Source of the DNA: Macrostomum hystrix
Lineage: Eukaryota > Animalia > Platyhelminthes
Assembly (NCBI GenBank): GCA_950097015.1
Contig: CATNEN010000001.1
Coordinates: 20,398,001-20,462,000 of the forward strand
Reading direction: 5' to 3'
Length of the DNA: 64,000 bases
The notes under the pieces were generated by a model. It was given only the letters and a program-made list of their open reading frames with translations, did not search any database and was not told the origin of the DNA. How positions within the stretch are numbered: the first letter of the stretch is position 1; the number at the start of each line of letters is the position of its first letter. The translations under genes and the position numbers were made by a program. Below, one piece after another: positions 48,810 to 62,300 of this stretch.

Positions 48810-49461
48810 TAATCTACCCCAACTCACGCTGGTACCCACGATTTGACACTTTGGAGAGTCAATTTAAGATTTAAAATTTAAGCTTCAACCTCTGTTGTTG
48901 CTATTCTGTACAATCTTCTATACTGTACAGTACTGCAGAACTTTTTTGTACAATTCGAATAACTTTGAAATACGTTCAGACAACGAGTCTTACCATACTC
49001 CCAGATGTGCAGCACGTGGTTGATAGCTCCGAGTTCAGTAATCTAGAAACCAACCAATCTAGATTTCGTAACCCTCCGAGGCAGGTACTGATTAGTCAAC
49101 TCCTTGTAGCGGCCGACATCCTGGGATGCGATAGTAGCGGAACTCGTACAGTTTGTCTCTGCTGCTATGCCTATTTCTTTAAAGATTTCAATTTGTTCCG
49201 CATAATTTCAACGCAATCCAAGTTAACTATATTTTCTCTCCGCCTCTCTCTACCCCAGCAATGTCTCAATGTCTGCTTCTCATTGAAGAGGGACATATAC
49301 GCTTGAGGCGTATGAATGCGAAGAAAGTAAGGGCAGATGGGAGAGTGGTGAGTAAGTGCAGAGGGACTGTGAACCAACCCACTGTACATTGCAAATGTGA
49401 CTGCCGAGCCTCACTGCTTGTGTAGAGCTGACAAAGCGGTACCTCTCTCCCTTGGAGGCCC

Positions 49462-49475
49462 GTTTCCATGGTGAC
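49462..49475. promoter_or_regulatory. RFX X-box-like motif GTTTCCATGGTGAC
   Basis: The reverse complement GTCACC-AT-GGAAAC fits the X-box consensus. It lies between the divergent NIPSNAP and PLC-beta 5' ends. Confidence 0.35.
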
Positions 49476-49502
49476 AGGTCGCAAAGTGTTTGCTCATCCT
49501 CA

Positions 49503-49998
49503 GTTAGACACACTGTCCTCAGTCACCTGTTAGACACACTGTCCTCATTCACCTGTTAGACACTGTCCTCAGTCACCTGTTAGACACTGTCCTCAGTCAC
49601 CTGTTAGACACTGTCCTCAGTCACCTGTTAGACACACTGTCCTCAGTCACCTGTTAGACACACTGTCCTCAGTCACCTGTTAGACACACTGTCCTCAGTC
49701 ACCTGTTAGACACTGTCCTCAGTCACCTGTTAGACACACTGTCCTCAGTCACCTGTTAGACACTGTCCTCAGTCACCTGTTAGACACACTGTCCTCAGTC
49801 ACCTGTTAGACACACTGTCCTCAGTCACCTGTTAGACACACTGTCCTCAGTCACCTGTTAGACACACTGTCCTCAGTCACCTGTTAGACACACTGTCCTC
49901 AGTCACCTGTTAGACACTGTTCTCAGTCACCTGTTAGACACACTGTCCTCAGTCACCTGTTAGACACTGTCCTCAGTCACCTGTTAGACACTGTCCTC
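49503..49998. repeat. 24/26-bp minisatellite (CTGTCCTCAGTCACCTGTTAGACA[CA])n
   Basis: About 20 tandem copies. Confidence 0.95.
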
Positions 49999-50385
49999 TG
50001 TCAGTTGTTTAAGTCATTTAGTCATTGTTTAAGAATTACTACTTGTACCTGTAATAGCAGTAGTATGATGCCAATACTACAGATTATTTTTGATAAAAAA
50101 GCACTTCCAAATTCAACAGTGAACAGACTGACTTCTTATTGGTTGATGGAGTCTAATATCAGCTAGTGATCAAGTCCCTTCCCGCCTCGGTCCAATGGGA
50201 CTAGTGATACAGTGAAAGTGACATTGGAAGCAAATTTAAAAAGCATCTGCAATACCAATTCTGCCTTTCACAGAACCCGATACAAAAGTTTTGACAATTC
50301 AGCAGCTACATCAAGTAAGCGTAGCATAAGGGATTAACCATAGTAGCAGCATAGTAACAGCATAGTAACAGCATAGTAACAGGCA

Positions 50386-53300
50386 ATGGCCAGTGCAAAG
50401 CCAGGAGTGTACGCCAGTCAGCTAAAGCCGGTCATTGTGCATCAGCAACTGCTGGAAGGTGCGAAATTTCTACGCTGGGAAGATGTAAGCTGGAGTTTTA
50501 CAGTTTTCTGTACTCACACCCAGTTCTCAAATATTTTGAATCAAATTCTGTTTCGTATTATAATTATCATTGTACTCAATTTCGTTTCGTACTCAAGTCA
50601 GTCCTGTGCTCAAGTCAGTTCTGTGCTCAATTCAGTTCTGTGCTCAAGTCAGTTCTGTACTCAACTCAGTTCTGTAGTCAACTCAGTTCTGTACTCAAGT
50701 CAGTTCTGTACTCAAATCGGTTCTATACTTAAGTCATTCCTGTACTCAAGCCAGTTCTGTACTCAAGTCAGTTTTGTACTTAAGTCAAGTTCTATACTTA
50801 ATTCAGTTCTGTACTCAAGTCAGTTCTGTACTCAAGTCAGTTCTGTACTCAAGTCGGTTCTGTACATAACTCAGTTCTGTACTCAAGTAAGTTCTGTACT
50901 CAACTTAGTTCTGTACTCAAGTCAGTTCTGTACTCAAATCGGTTCTATACTTAAGTCATTCCTGTACTCAAGCCAGTTCTGTACTCAAATCAGTTTTGTA
51001 CTTGAGTCAAGTTCTCTACTTAAGTCAGATCTGTACTGAAGCCAGTTCTGTACTCAAGTCAGTTCTGTACTCAATCCGGTTCTGTTCTCAAGTCGCTTCT
51101 GTACTCAAGTCAGTTCTGTACTCAATCCGGTTCTGTTCTCAAGTCGCTTCTGTACTCAAGTCAGTTGTGTACTCAAGTTTGTTCTGTACTCAAGTTGGTT
51201 CTGTACTCAAGTCAGTTCTGTACTCAAGTCAGTTCTGTACTCAAGTCAGTTCTGTACTCAAGTCAGTTCTGTACTCAAGTCAGTTCTGTACTCAAATCGG
51301 TTCTATACTTAAGTCATTCCTGTACTCAAGCCAGTTCTGTACTCAACTCAGTTCTGTACTCAATTCAGTTCTGTACTCAAGCCAGTTCTGTACTCAAGCC
51401 AGTTCTGTACTCAACTCAGTTCTGTACTCAACTCAGTTCTGTACTCAACTCAGTTCTGTACTCAACTCAGTTCTGTACTCAACTCAGTTCTGTACTCAAC
51501 TCAGTTCTGTACTCAACTCAGTTCTGTACTCAACTCAGTTCTGTACTCAACTCAGTTCTGTACTCAAGTTGGTTCTGTACTCAAGTCAGTTCTGTACTCA
51601 ACTCAGTTCTGTACTCAAGCCAGTTCTGTACTCAATCCGGTACTAAGTCTTTTCAGATACTTCAGCTGCATTGAATTTCCTCTCCCAGGAACAATCTTCA
51701 CTGCTTTCGGTTGCAAATCGCTTAGAAACCTAAAGACTGCAAGCAATTCCAAAAAATCGTTCTAGAAATCTTCGTAGAGAAGCGTGAAACACATAATCTT
51801 TCCTTCTAATTTTCTTTGCTGAACAATATCTCCTATCGAATTTTCGAAGAAAAAGAGTTATCAGGGGGGTTGATCGCTTCAGAGCAAACCAGTTCAGTGC
51901 AGGAAACAGATTTTAAGAGGCCACTGATTATAACAGATTGGGAGGGAAATGAGAGATGCTGCAATGACCTTTAAGCCGTGCTCGACGAAGATAAAGAAAG
52001 GCCTGGATAATGAAAATATAAAATAATTCTTCCCTTGCGAAGCGACAATCAGATTTTGCAGTCCACGGTTTGAAGGGCTTCGCAGAAAGTACCCGATGAA
52101 CAGATGCGCATGGGGACTCGACCTGATCCACAAACCAAAAGATTCAACGACTGCATACCACAACTCGAACCTATTTCAGGATCACATGACAACGATTTTC
52201 ATCTGTATAATTTCCACTCCTGGTGATGATCCATCGTTTATTTTCGTACTTAAATCCCAAAACACAATCCTTTCAAAATCTCCCATAACAAGATCCCATG
52301 ACAAGATCCCGTGACAGATCGCAGGTAAAGATCTCATGACAAGATCCCATGACAGATCCCATAACAAGATCGCAGGTCAAGATCTCATGACAAGATCCCA
52401 TGACAGATCCCATGACAGATCCCATGACAGATCTCATGACAGATCTCATGACAAGATCCCATGACAGATCCCATAACAAGATCGCAGGTCAAGATCTCAT
52501 GACAAGATCCCATGACAGATCCCATGACAGATCCCATGACAGATCTCATGACAGATCTCATGACAAGATCCCATGACAGATCCCATAACAAGATCGCAGG
52601 TCAAGATCTCATGACAAGATCCCATGACAGATCCCATGACAGATCCCATGACAGATCTCATGACAGATCTCATGACAAGATCCCATGACAGATCCCATAA
52701 CAAGATCGCAGGTCAAGATCTCATGACAAGATCCCATGACAGATCCCATGACAGATCCCATGACAGATCTCATGACAGATCTCATGACAAGATCCCATGA
52801 CAGATCCCATAACAAGATCGCAGGTCAAGATCTCATGACAGATCCCATAACAAGATCGCAGGTCAAGATCTCATGACAAGATCCCATGACAGATCCCATG
52901 ACAGATCCCATGACAAGATCCCATGATAAGATCCCATGACAGATCCCCTGACAGATCCCATAACAGATCCCATGACAGATCTCATGACAGATCTCATGAC
53001 AAGATCCCATGACAGATCCCATAACAAGATCGCAGGTCAAGATCCCATGACAAGATCCCATGATAGACCCCATAACAATATCGCAGGTCAAGATCTCATG
53101 ACAAGATCCCATAACAGATCCCATGACAGATCCCATGACAAGATCCCATGACAGATCCCATGACAGATCCCATGACAGATCCCATGACAGATCCCATGAC
53201 AAGATCCCATGACAGATCCCATGACAGATCCCATGACAGATCCCATAACAGATCCCATGACAGATCCCATGACAGATCCCATGACAGATCCCATGACAGA

Positions 53301-56300
53301 TCTCATGACAGATCTCATGACAAGATCCCATGACAGATCCCATGACAGATCCCATGACAGATCCCATGACAGATCTCATGACAGATCTCATGACAAGATC
53401 CCATGACAGATCCCATAACAAGATCGCAGGTCAAGATCTCATGACAAGATCCCATGACAGATCCCATGACAGATCCCATGACAGATCTCATGACAGATCT
53501 CATGACAGATCTCATGACAGATCTCATGACAAGATCCCATGACAGATCTCATGACAGATCTCATGACAGATCTCATGACAGATCTCATGACAGATCTCAT
53601 GACAGATCCCATGACAGATCTCATGACAAGATCCCATGACAGATCCCATAACAAGATCGCAGGTCAAGATCTCATGACAAGATCCCATGACAGATCCCAT
53701 GACAGATCCCATGACAGATCTCATGACAGATCTCATGACAAGATCCCATGACAGATCCCATGACAAGATCCCATGACAGATCCCATGACAAGATCCCATA
53801 ACAAGATCCCATGACAAGATCCCATGACAAGATCCCATGACAGATCCCCTGACAGATCCCATGACAAGATCCCATGACAAGATCCCATGACAGATCCCAT
53901 GACAGATCCCATGACAAGATCCCATGACAAGATCCCATGACAAGATCCCATGACACATCCCATGACAAGATCCCATGACAGATCCCATGACAGATCCCAT
54001 GACAAGATCCCATGACAGATCCCATGACAAGATCCCATGACACATCCCATGACAAGATCCCATGACAAGATCCCATGACAAGATCCCATGACACATCCCA
54101 TGACAAGATCCCATGACAGATCCCATGACAAGATCCCATGACAGATCCCATGACAAGATCCCATAACAAGATCCCATGACAAGATCCCATGACAAGATCC
54201 CATGACAGATCCCCTGACAGATCCCATGACAAGATCCCATGACAAGATCCCATGACAGATCCCATGACAGATCCCATGACAAGATCCCATGACAAGATCC
54301 CATGACAAGATCCCATGACACATCCCATGACAAGATCCCATGACAGATCCCATGACAGATCCCATGACAAGATCCCATGACAGATCCCATGACAAGATCC
54401 CATGACAAGATCCCATGACACATCCCATGACAAGATCCCATGACAGATCCCATGACAAGATCCCATGACAGATCCCATGACAAGATCCCATGACAAGATC
54501 CCGTGACAGATCCCATGACAAGATCCCATGACAAGATCACATGACAAGATCCCATGACAAGATCCCATGATAAGATCCCATTAAAACAGTTATAACAAGT
54601 TTCCAGTCCATTTTCAAGAATATAGTTTTCCAGGATGTCCCAAAGAACAGGCCTATTCAAACTGCTCAAAAGACAGTGGATCAATTGTATGCCCAAGCTT
54701 ATTGAGCAGATCAGGTTGAGAAGTCATGCGAGTTGTTATTTGTTTTTCCACACTTGGGAGAAATTCTCGCCAAATTCCAACAGGCCTTCATGTTTTTTTC
54801 TCTTAATCCATTAGCGCTGAAAATATCCCATATTCTAATAATTCTCCCGTCTAAAACAGTCTAGTTAATGTTTCTCCTCACCTTGCCGCATTTAGCCTGG
54901 TTTGACCAAAAGTTGGGATACTTTGTCACGCCATTAACTCTGTCTCATTTACACTTTGGACTCCAAATGCTGCCTCATTTGCCTGAGTCGATATTTGTCT
55001 GGCTATAAATTTTCCCGGGTAGGGATATTCTCCTGCAGGGCTTCGTTGCCTCGACTTTCTCCTAGCTCTGTTCCCCAAGAAGGGATGAACAAAATGATGT
55101 GCATCATTTCCCGCAGCGGAACCGCTATGAAGTGGCTTTGTGCTGCGCTAGTGAGTCCATTGTTTCCATTGTTCGCCTGTCTTCAAGCGTGCCTGGAACA
55201 AAGAAAGATTGCCCGGGAGAACTGTAGCCAGCGCGAATTGTTTGACAGATCGGAGGCAGAAGTTAAAAGTACATTTTTGTGTATCTCAAGGCATGAGCAG
55301 ACCGTGTCAGGCTTTGATATTTTCTATTTTTAGCCAGATCGGTGAGGGGCCCCTATTTATCTACCCACTTTATCGATCCATATTTATCGATCGAACGTTC
55401 ATGGTTACATTCCTAAGTTAGTTACTTGTGGTGAGAGGCAGACCGATTAACGCGCTTGTCTCTCGTAACAAGGTCCGGAGCTCGATTCCGCGGAGAGAAG
55501 GCTTGGGGGCTTGTCATGCAATTTACGCCCTTGAAGGCCGACCTCCAAGGCACAGTGAGAGTGTACACTGACTGACGGTGAGAAAATCAGGGCAGATGTA
55601 CACACCCGTGTACGTGGTGCTCAGGAGTCAGCGAAATGGGCAGATTTGCCTCCTCGCTGGCTGCGGGTCTAGTGTCACCGAATGATGTGCCAATTGCCCG
55701 CAGCCCTCCTGCAATTATTATTATTATTATTGGCTCTCAACTATTTTAGTAAATATTAAACAAGTATTCAAAACCCTATTCACACAATAATGAGGGAGTA
55801 CTTTTAATTTTCGTATTTTTCATTTTTAAAGACAAGTTAGCAACACCCTTGCCCTCGGAAGTAAAATATTTCTATTCGTGTTTTTTTCTTAATAGCATAC
55901 AAGACACAACCAAATACTAAACCGAGTATCATCTTTGGTCCTTAAAAATTATGAAAATTATTTATATTTATTTTCTAAATATCGACAGTCAAAGCGCTAT
56001 GACAACTAAAAAATTAATTATGTTTTTGTTAAAAACGTTTGTTAAGTGGTAACTCACTAACTGATCAATCATATATTCGATTTTCATAATTTTAGTCGGT
56101 CAATAAAGCAACAATTTTTTTCCTTTGATGCAGATGATTGCATTGCAAAATAACTATAATCCGGCCAATGAGAAATTGTGAATTTTTATTCATCTAATGG
56201 ACTGGATGATCGAGCATATTCGGTAGCACTAAGCTGTTTTGCATTTGCACTCAATTAGGCACTGTGGCTTGAAAATTTTGCACCAGTTTAAAGAGAAGCA

Positions 56301-59300
56301 TTGCGTATATCAATTCGATAGATTTCTGTAAGCCGGAGGTATACTCGTATTTATTGAGTTTTAATAGACCTACACCAATTTAACTGGCCAAATGTGGCTT
56401 TTTGAGGCCATAAATCAGTGAGCGACTTATCGGCCATAATCCTGCCCAGTGCATGGCGTGTCTTCTCAACGCCTTGTGGATTAGCACGATTTTGAGTACG
56501 AGCTTTGATTTGGAGATGCCGCGCCCCTGTGGAAAACCTTGGAATTGTGGGCTGGGTGATTTTGTACTGAGATAGGATTTCCTAATCTGATTGACCATGA
56601 GCTAATGATCCCTATATGGCTCTTGGGATCAGCAAAGAATGGGATGGAGGTTCATAAGTGTAAGTTGACAGGGTGACAGGTGACGATTGTGAAACCTGAG
56701 ACCATGCGCATGTGCCAACAAAGTCGACTTTTCGGAAACTCATTAGCGACAAATTCTCACCGCGGGGTTGGTTTACCTTTGTCCGCTTCAGGTTCCCCGT
56801 TTCGTTTGTGTAGTTGACTCTCTCCATGGCTGTCTGTCTGTCTTTTATTCAGTTCCGTGTTTGCTTTTCCTGGAAACTGCTCTGCTCAGGTCCTACCTGA
56901 AGAAGGGGAATTTCTAGTAACTGCTTCAACCAGTAGCTGTCAAAATTATTCATTGCTGACCCGTAATGCATCGGAATCAGTCGCAGAGCGGTTTGCCCTG
57001 GGCTCGATTCCGCGGCGAGGCCACATTCCTCTGGGTTGCAGCCGCGGAGAGAAGGCTTGGGGGCTTGTCGTGCAATTTATGCCCTTGAGGGCCAACCTCC
57101 AAGGCACAGTGAGAGTGTACACTGCCTGTTTTCGGCAGTTTAAGTTTTCGGATGTAACACACCTGTGTGAGTGTGTGCTCAGGAGTCAGCGAAATGGGCA
57201 GAATTGCCTCCTTGCTGGCTCCTTATGCAATTATTATTATTATCAAAGCGTGGAATTGTTGCCATAACCACAAAGTCACTATAGACTTTACTCAATGGAA
57301 AGAAGGAGCTCAAAATATAAAAATAAACAAAAGCAACACAAATATTTCCTAAACCATTACCTACAAGCCGGTACCCCGTGTCTGATAGCTTTTATCCTTT
57401 GCATCCAGTTTTCGTCTAAGGCATCTTAATGGTTCATTGGGTGTGGCACGAGAGACAGGCATCAAATAAAATCCAGTCTGCCGCGATTGAGAACCGCCCC
57501 TGACCTGCCCCGCCCAGTTTGAGTATTTTCACTATTAACAGGATTGATCAGATCCGATTTTATGGTCCATTATGAGTCTGAATTAATTAATGATTATGAC
57601 TCATTTAAAAGAAAGTTGGATGCACCGGAAATTTTAGGACTCATCCATACCGCAGATTGTTACATTGAAAGTTGACTCAAAGGGCTACCTGCTCTACTGG
57701 CAAGCGGCCAATGGGGTAAGACTGACTATCATTTTATCTGCATAATTTTCAGCCAAAGTGCTGGGGTGAGGTTTATTTGACCCCGCTGATGTCTATGGCC
57801 GGGGCTATGGGCGTTAAAATTGAGCCACACTCGAGAGCCGACCAATCGGCAACGAGTGGACGAAGAGCCTGGAGTGAGGAGGTGGTCGTTCTGCGTGACG
57901 TCTAGGGGGGTTCGAGGTGATGAAAATTTATTGCAACTTTGAGAGCCAACCAATCAGCAATCAGCGAAGAGATAAGGCCATGTGGTAAGACTCTCGGGTA
58001 GACTAGCGGCGAGGGGCTGTGACTGATCAAATATTCTAGCCAATCAGCATGAAGGAGAGGGTAAGAAGATTGGAGTGAGGTGGTCGCATTTAATGGTTAC
58101 TCTCGACGTTAAAAACTAAATAAGACACTGAAGCAGAAAATAGAAGGAATATAATAGTACATTTCATTCCAGGATGTGGACTACCTGGAGATGTCCTTTA
58201 TTCGCGACACCCGCTGCGGTCGTAGCGCCCGACTGCCGAAGGTAAAAAACTCCCATTTAATCTTCCCATTATTAAACCACATTGATGCAAAAAGCGCCAA
58301 AAAAACAGAAAAAATCCAATTTGTTTGAGAATAAAAGTAAGAAAAAGTATATTGCTGCAAGCAGCATGAAGTACACCAGGACTGTGGTGTGTGGCGCACT
58401 CAAGTAGTTGAATGCGTTGAGGTCGCTGAGGCGGCTGAGATATTGAACTATGGCGTGGCCGACGTTATAGAGGCTTGAGGACGGTGGGTAAGGGTTGAGA
58501 GAAAGACAGACAGAGGCTGAAAGGCCACTCACCTCGGTTTGAGTAGATGATATATCATCATATTTGCTAAATATTGATGCATAAAACACTCGTATGCATG
58601 GGCGTGTGAGGTAAAGCTCAAAGACTCGGGATAGGGATAAGGACCAGAGACAATCGCCCTAGGGCCAGCATTGAGAGGGAGTGGCGAAGAAGCAGGAATT
58701 TATTGATGGAATGGACCAGTTTGTGTAACAGATTCGCCTACTGTGTGAGAAGGGATACTCGATGAGGTTAATGGGAGGGGCGAGGGTCTCTAGGGTTACT
58801 GTCCTCTTTGACTCTAGAAGAAGCCTCGAAGCTGATAAACAGATTGATAAGCCCTGCTATTGGCTTAACCTGTTAGACACTTGCGTTACCTGTTAGACAC
58901 TTGCGCTACCTGTTAGACACTTGCGTTACCTGTGAGACACTTGCGCTACCTGTTAGACACTTGCGTTACCTGTTAGACACTTGCGTTACCTGTGAGACAC
59001 TTGCGTTATGTGTTAGACACTTGCGTTACCTGTGAGACACTTGCGTTACGTGTTAGACAGTGTCTTTCACAACTGTTAGACTGTGTATTTCATACCTGTT
59101 AGACAGTGTATTTCATACCTGTTAGACAGTGTATTTCATACCTGTTAGACAGTGTATTTCATACCTGTTAGACAGTGTATTTCATACCTGTTAGACAGTG
59201 TATTTCATACCTGTTAGACAGTGTATTTCATACCTGTTAGACAGTGTGTTTCATTCCTGTTAGACAGTGTGTTTCATACCTGTTAGACAGTGTATTTCAT

Positions 59301-62300
59301 ACCTGTTAGACAGTGTGTTTTATTCCTCATAGACAGTGCGTTTCATACCTGTTAGACAGTGTATTTCATACCTGTTAGACAGTGTATTTCATACCTGTTA
59401 GACAGTGTGTTTCATTCCTGTTAGACAGTGTGTTTCATACCTGTTAGACAGTGTCTTTCACACCTGTTAGACAGTGTATTTCATACCTGTTAGACAGTGT
59501 ATTTCATACCTGTTAGACAGTGTGTTTCATACCTGTTAGACAGTGTGTTTCATACCTGTTAGACAGTGTATTTCATACCTGTTAGACAGTGTATTTCATA
59601 CCTGTTAGACAGTGTGTTTCATTCCTGTTAGACAGTGTGTTTCATACCTGTTAGACAGTGTCTTTCACACCTGTTAGACAGTGTATTTCATACCTGTTAG
59701 ACAGTGTATTTCATACCTGTTAGACAGTGTGTTTCATTCCTGTTAGACAGTGTGTTTCATACCTGTTAGACAGTGTCTTTCACACCTGTTAGACAGTGTA
59801 TTTCATACCTGTTAGACAGTGTATTTCATACCTGTTAGACAGTGTGTTTCATACCTGTTAGACTGTGTATTTTATTCCTGTTAGACAGTGTGTTTCATAC
59901 CTGTTAGACAGTGTGTTTCATTCCTGTTATTAACATTAAAAAATGATTAAAACGTGTTAGACAGTTGAAAGTAAGCTAGTCTGATAAATTATCCAGTTGT
60001 TTAATAAATGTTTGTTTAAATATTTAAACATTTTCTGAACTTTCATACTTTAATTTGAGCAGGATCCAAAACTTCGCGAGGCGTGCACCCAGTTTGGTGG
60101 TGGTGGTGGTGCTGCTGCTGCTCTGGAAGACCGCAGCATCAGTGTAGTCTATGGCTCTGATTTAGTCAACCAACAGTGGGTCAATTTTGTTGCCGCTACT
60201 AAAGAAATTGCTCAGGTAAAAAATTATGTCTATAGTTTCTTCTAAGATAATTTTTTCGCGCAAATAAGTTAATTTGAAGAACTAAAGCAACTAATGACCT
60301 TTATTGTACGAGTACAATGTCCAGACAGCCGTCCTATGAAATATAAAGAATCTAGTTAGTGCAAAAGCTCTCATTACTTAACTAGCACTCTAATTAGTCC
60401 TGTTAGTCTTAGCCTACGAGGGGTCACTAGAACTTGGCGATGGTTTGGCTAATTTGATTCAAACTATTTTAGCCCTGATGTTCAGTTAATGTGTAGCTTC
60501 ATTATTATTGTAGAATAATGGAATCTCTGTTTAACAAGCTTCGATTGAAACTGATCAATGAAAGGTTCAATTACCTGTTAAACAATGGAGTTACCTGTTA
60601 ACCAGTGGGAGTCACCTGTTAGACTGTGGGAGTTACCTGTCTAACAATGGGAGTTACCTGTTAAACAATGGAGATACCTGTTAACCAGTGGGAGTTACCT
60701 GCTGTTAGACAGTGGGGGTAACCCATTAGACACCGAAATTACCTGTTAGACACTAGGGTTACCTGTTAGACACTAGAGTTACGTGTTAGACACCAAAGTT
60801 ACCTGTTAGACACAAAAGTTACCTCTTAGACACTAGCTTTACCTGTTAGACACCAAAGTTACCTATTAGACACTAGAGTTACCTGCTAGACACTAGAGTT
60901 ACCTGTTAGACACTAGAGTTACCTTTTAGACACTAGAGTTACCTGTTAGACACTAGAGTTACCTGTTAGACACTAGAGTTACCTGTTAGACACTAGAGTT
61001 ACCTGTTAGACACTAGAGTTACCTGATAGACACTAGAGTTACCTGCTAGACACCGAAATTACCTGTTAGACACTAGAGTTACCTGTTAGACACTAGAGTT
61101 ACCTGCTAGACACTAGAGTTACCTGCTAGACACTAGAGTTACCTGTTAGACACTAGAGTTACCTGTTAGACACTAGAGTTACCTGTTAGACACTAGAGTT
61201 ACCTGTTAGACACTAGAGTTACCTGCTAGACACTAGAGTTACCTGTTAGACACTAGAGTTACCTGTTAGACACTAGAGTTACCTGCTAGACACTAGAGTT
61301 ACCTGCTAGACACTAGAGTTACCTGTTAGACACTAGAGTTACCTGTTAGACACTAGAGTTACCTGTTAGACACTAGAGTTACCTCTTAGACACCGAAATT
61401 ACCTGTTAGACACTAGAGTTACCTGTTAGACACCAAAGTTACCTGTTAGACACAAAGTTACCTGTTAGACGTGTTAAATATATGACACTTGAAGAAACGT
61501 TTTAGATTCTTGCGGTTACCTGTCGGGTCTCCAGAATGCAAAGTACTAAAACCAAAAAACTCTATCCCATCAGCTCTGGACAGTCGAGATGTTCTCCTGC
61601 GCTGTCAATATTCTTTCGATGAACCCGTCATTCTTTGAACTGCTGGAACGAGCCTGGACTAAACTAACCGTGTGTCGCGACGCTGAAGACAGAATTCCTG
61701 TAAAGAGGTCTGTCGTCAGCTTTTTCTCGTCATCAGCTTAATTCTAATCTTCTAGGGAATAGATCAGATTTAAAGAGAACTTTTACGGATTTCAACTCTA
61801 TTTTGCAGTATTTTACGACTCATCGCTGCTCACAAAGACGACAGAAAAAGAGTTGAGAAGGCTTTGTCTAGCTGCAAGCTGCTGTCATCCAAGGTTTGGT
61901 CGGGATTTCCTAATTAAACACCTGCGTTTAACATTTTTAACTCTTTATTCTAACTCTTTATTCTTCATTGATTAGCCTGACTTCATCGATGCCAAGGCTC
62001 TGACACTGCCGGCCTTCTTGAAGTTCTTCGCCTGCCTTTGCCCCAGACAGGAGATCGACCAGCTCTGCCAGGAACTGTGAGTCAATGCACTCACTCACTC
62101 ACTCACTCACTCACTCACTCACCCACTTATTCACTCACTCACTCACTCACTCACTCACTCACTCACTCACTCACTCACTCACTCACTCACTCACTCACTC
62201 ACTCACTCACTCACTCACTCACTCACTCACTCACTCACTCTCTCACTCACTCACTCACTCACTCACTCACTCACTCACTCACTCACTCACTCACTCACTC

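Larger units (their letters stand above)
46490..49170 (-). pseudogene. NIPSNAP3A: NIPSNAP3-like pseudogene; exons about 49170-48994, 48180-48026, 47951-47808, 46623-46490
   Basis: LYEFRYYRI / QDVGRYKELTNQYLPRRVTKSRLVGF*ITELGAINHVLHIWEY|D / LSHRQAVRAEMLANPD / SQVNPMFQKMDN..LYKLTT..AAFQTVIGD..TKLLAPLPW follows NIPSNAP3 (FYEFRSY..LVGYWSVEFG..VFHIWKYDNFAHRTEVRKAL). Lesions: frameshift at about 49125, TAG at 49045-49043 in place of the conserved Trp, and frame changes at about 48175 and 48132. Confidence 0.82.

Noticed and set aside
48349-48850. Extra exon candidates (CQIVGTS micro-exon; MKRVTEETPFSLPDDLR)
   Set aside because: NIPSNAP homology runs directly from IWEY (48994) to D.LSHR (48180); the intervening sequence contains a MITE and shows no homology.
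58272-58860. Minus-strand 105-aa ORF / possible retroelement fragment in PLCB intron 3
   Set aside because: No recognisable motif; cannot be supported without a database search.
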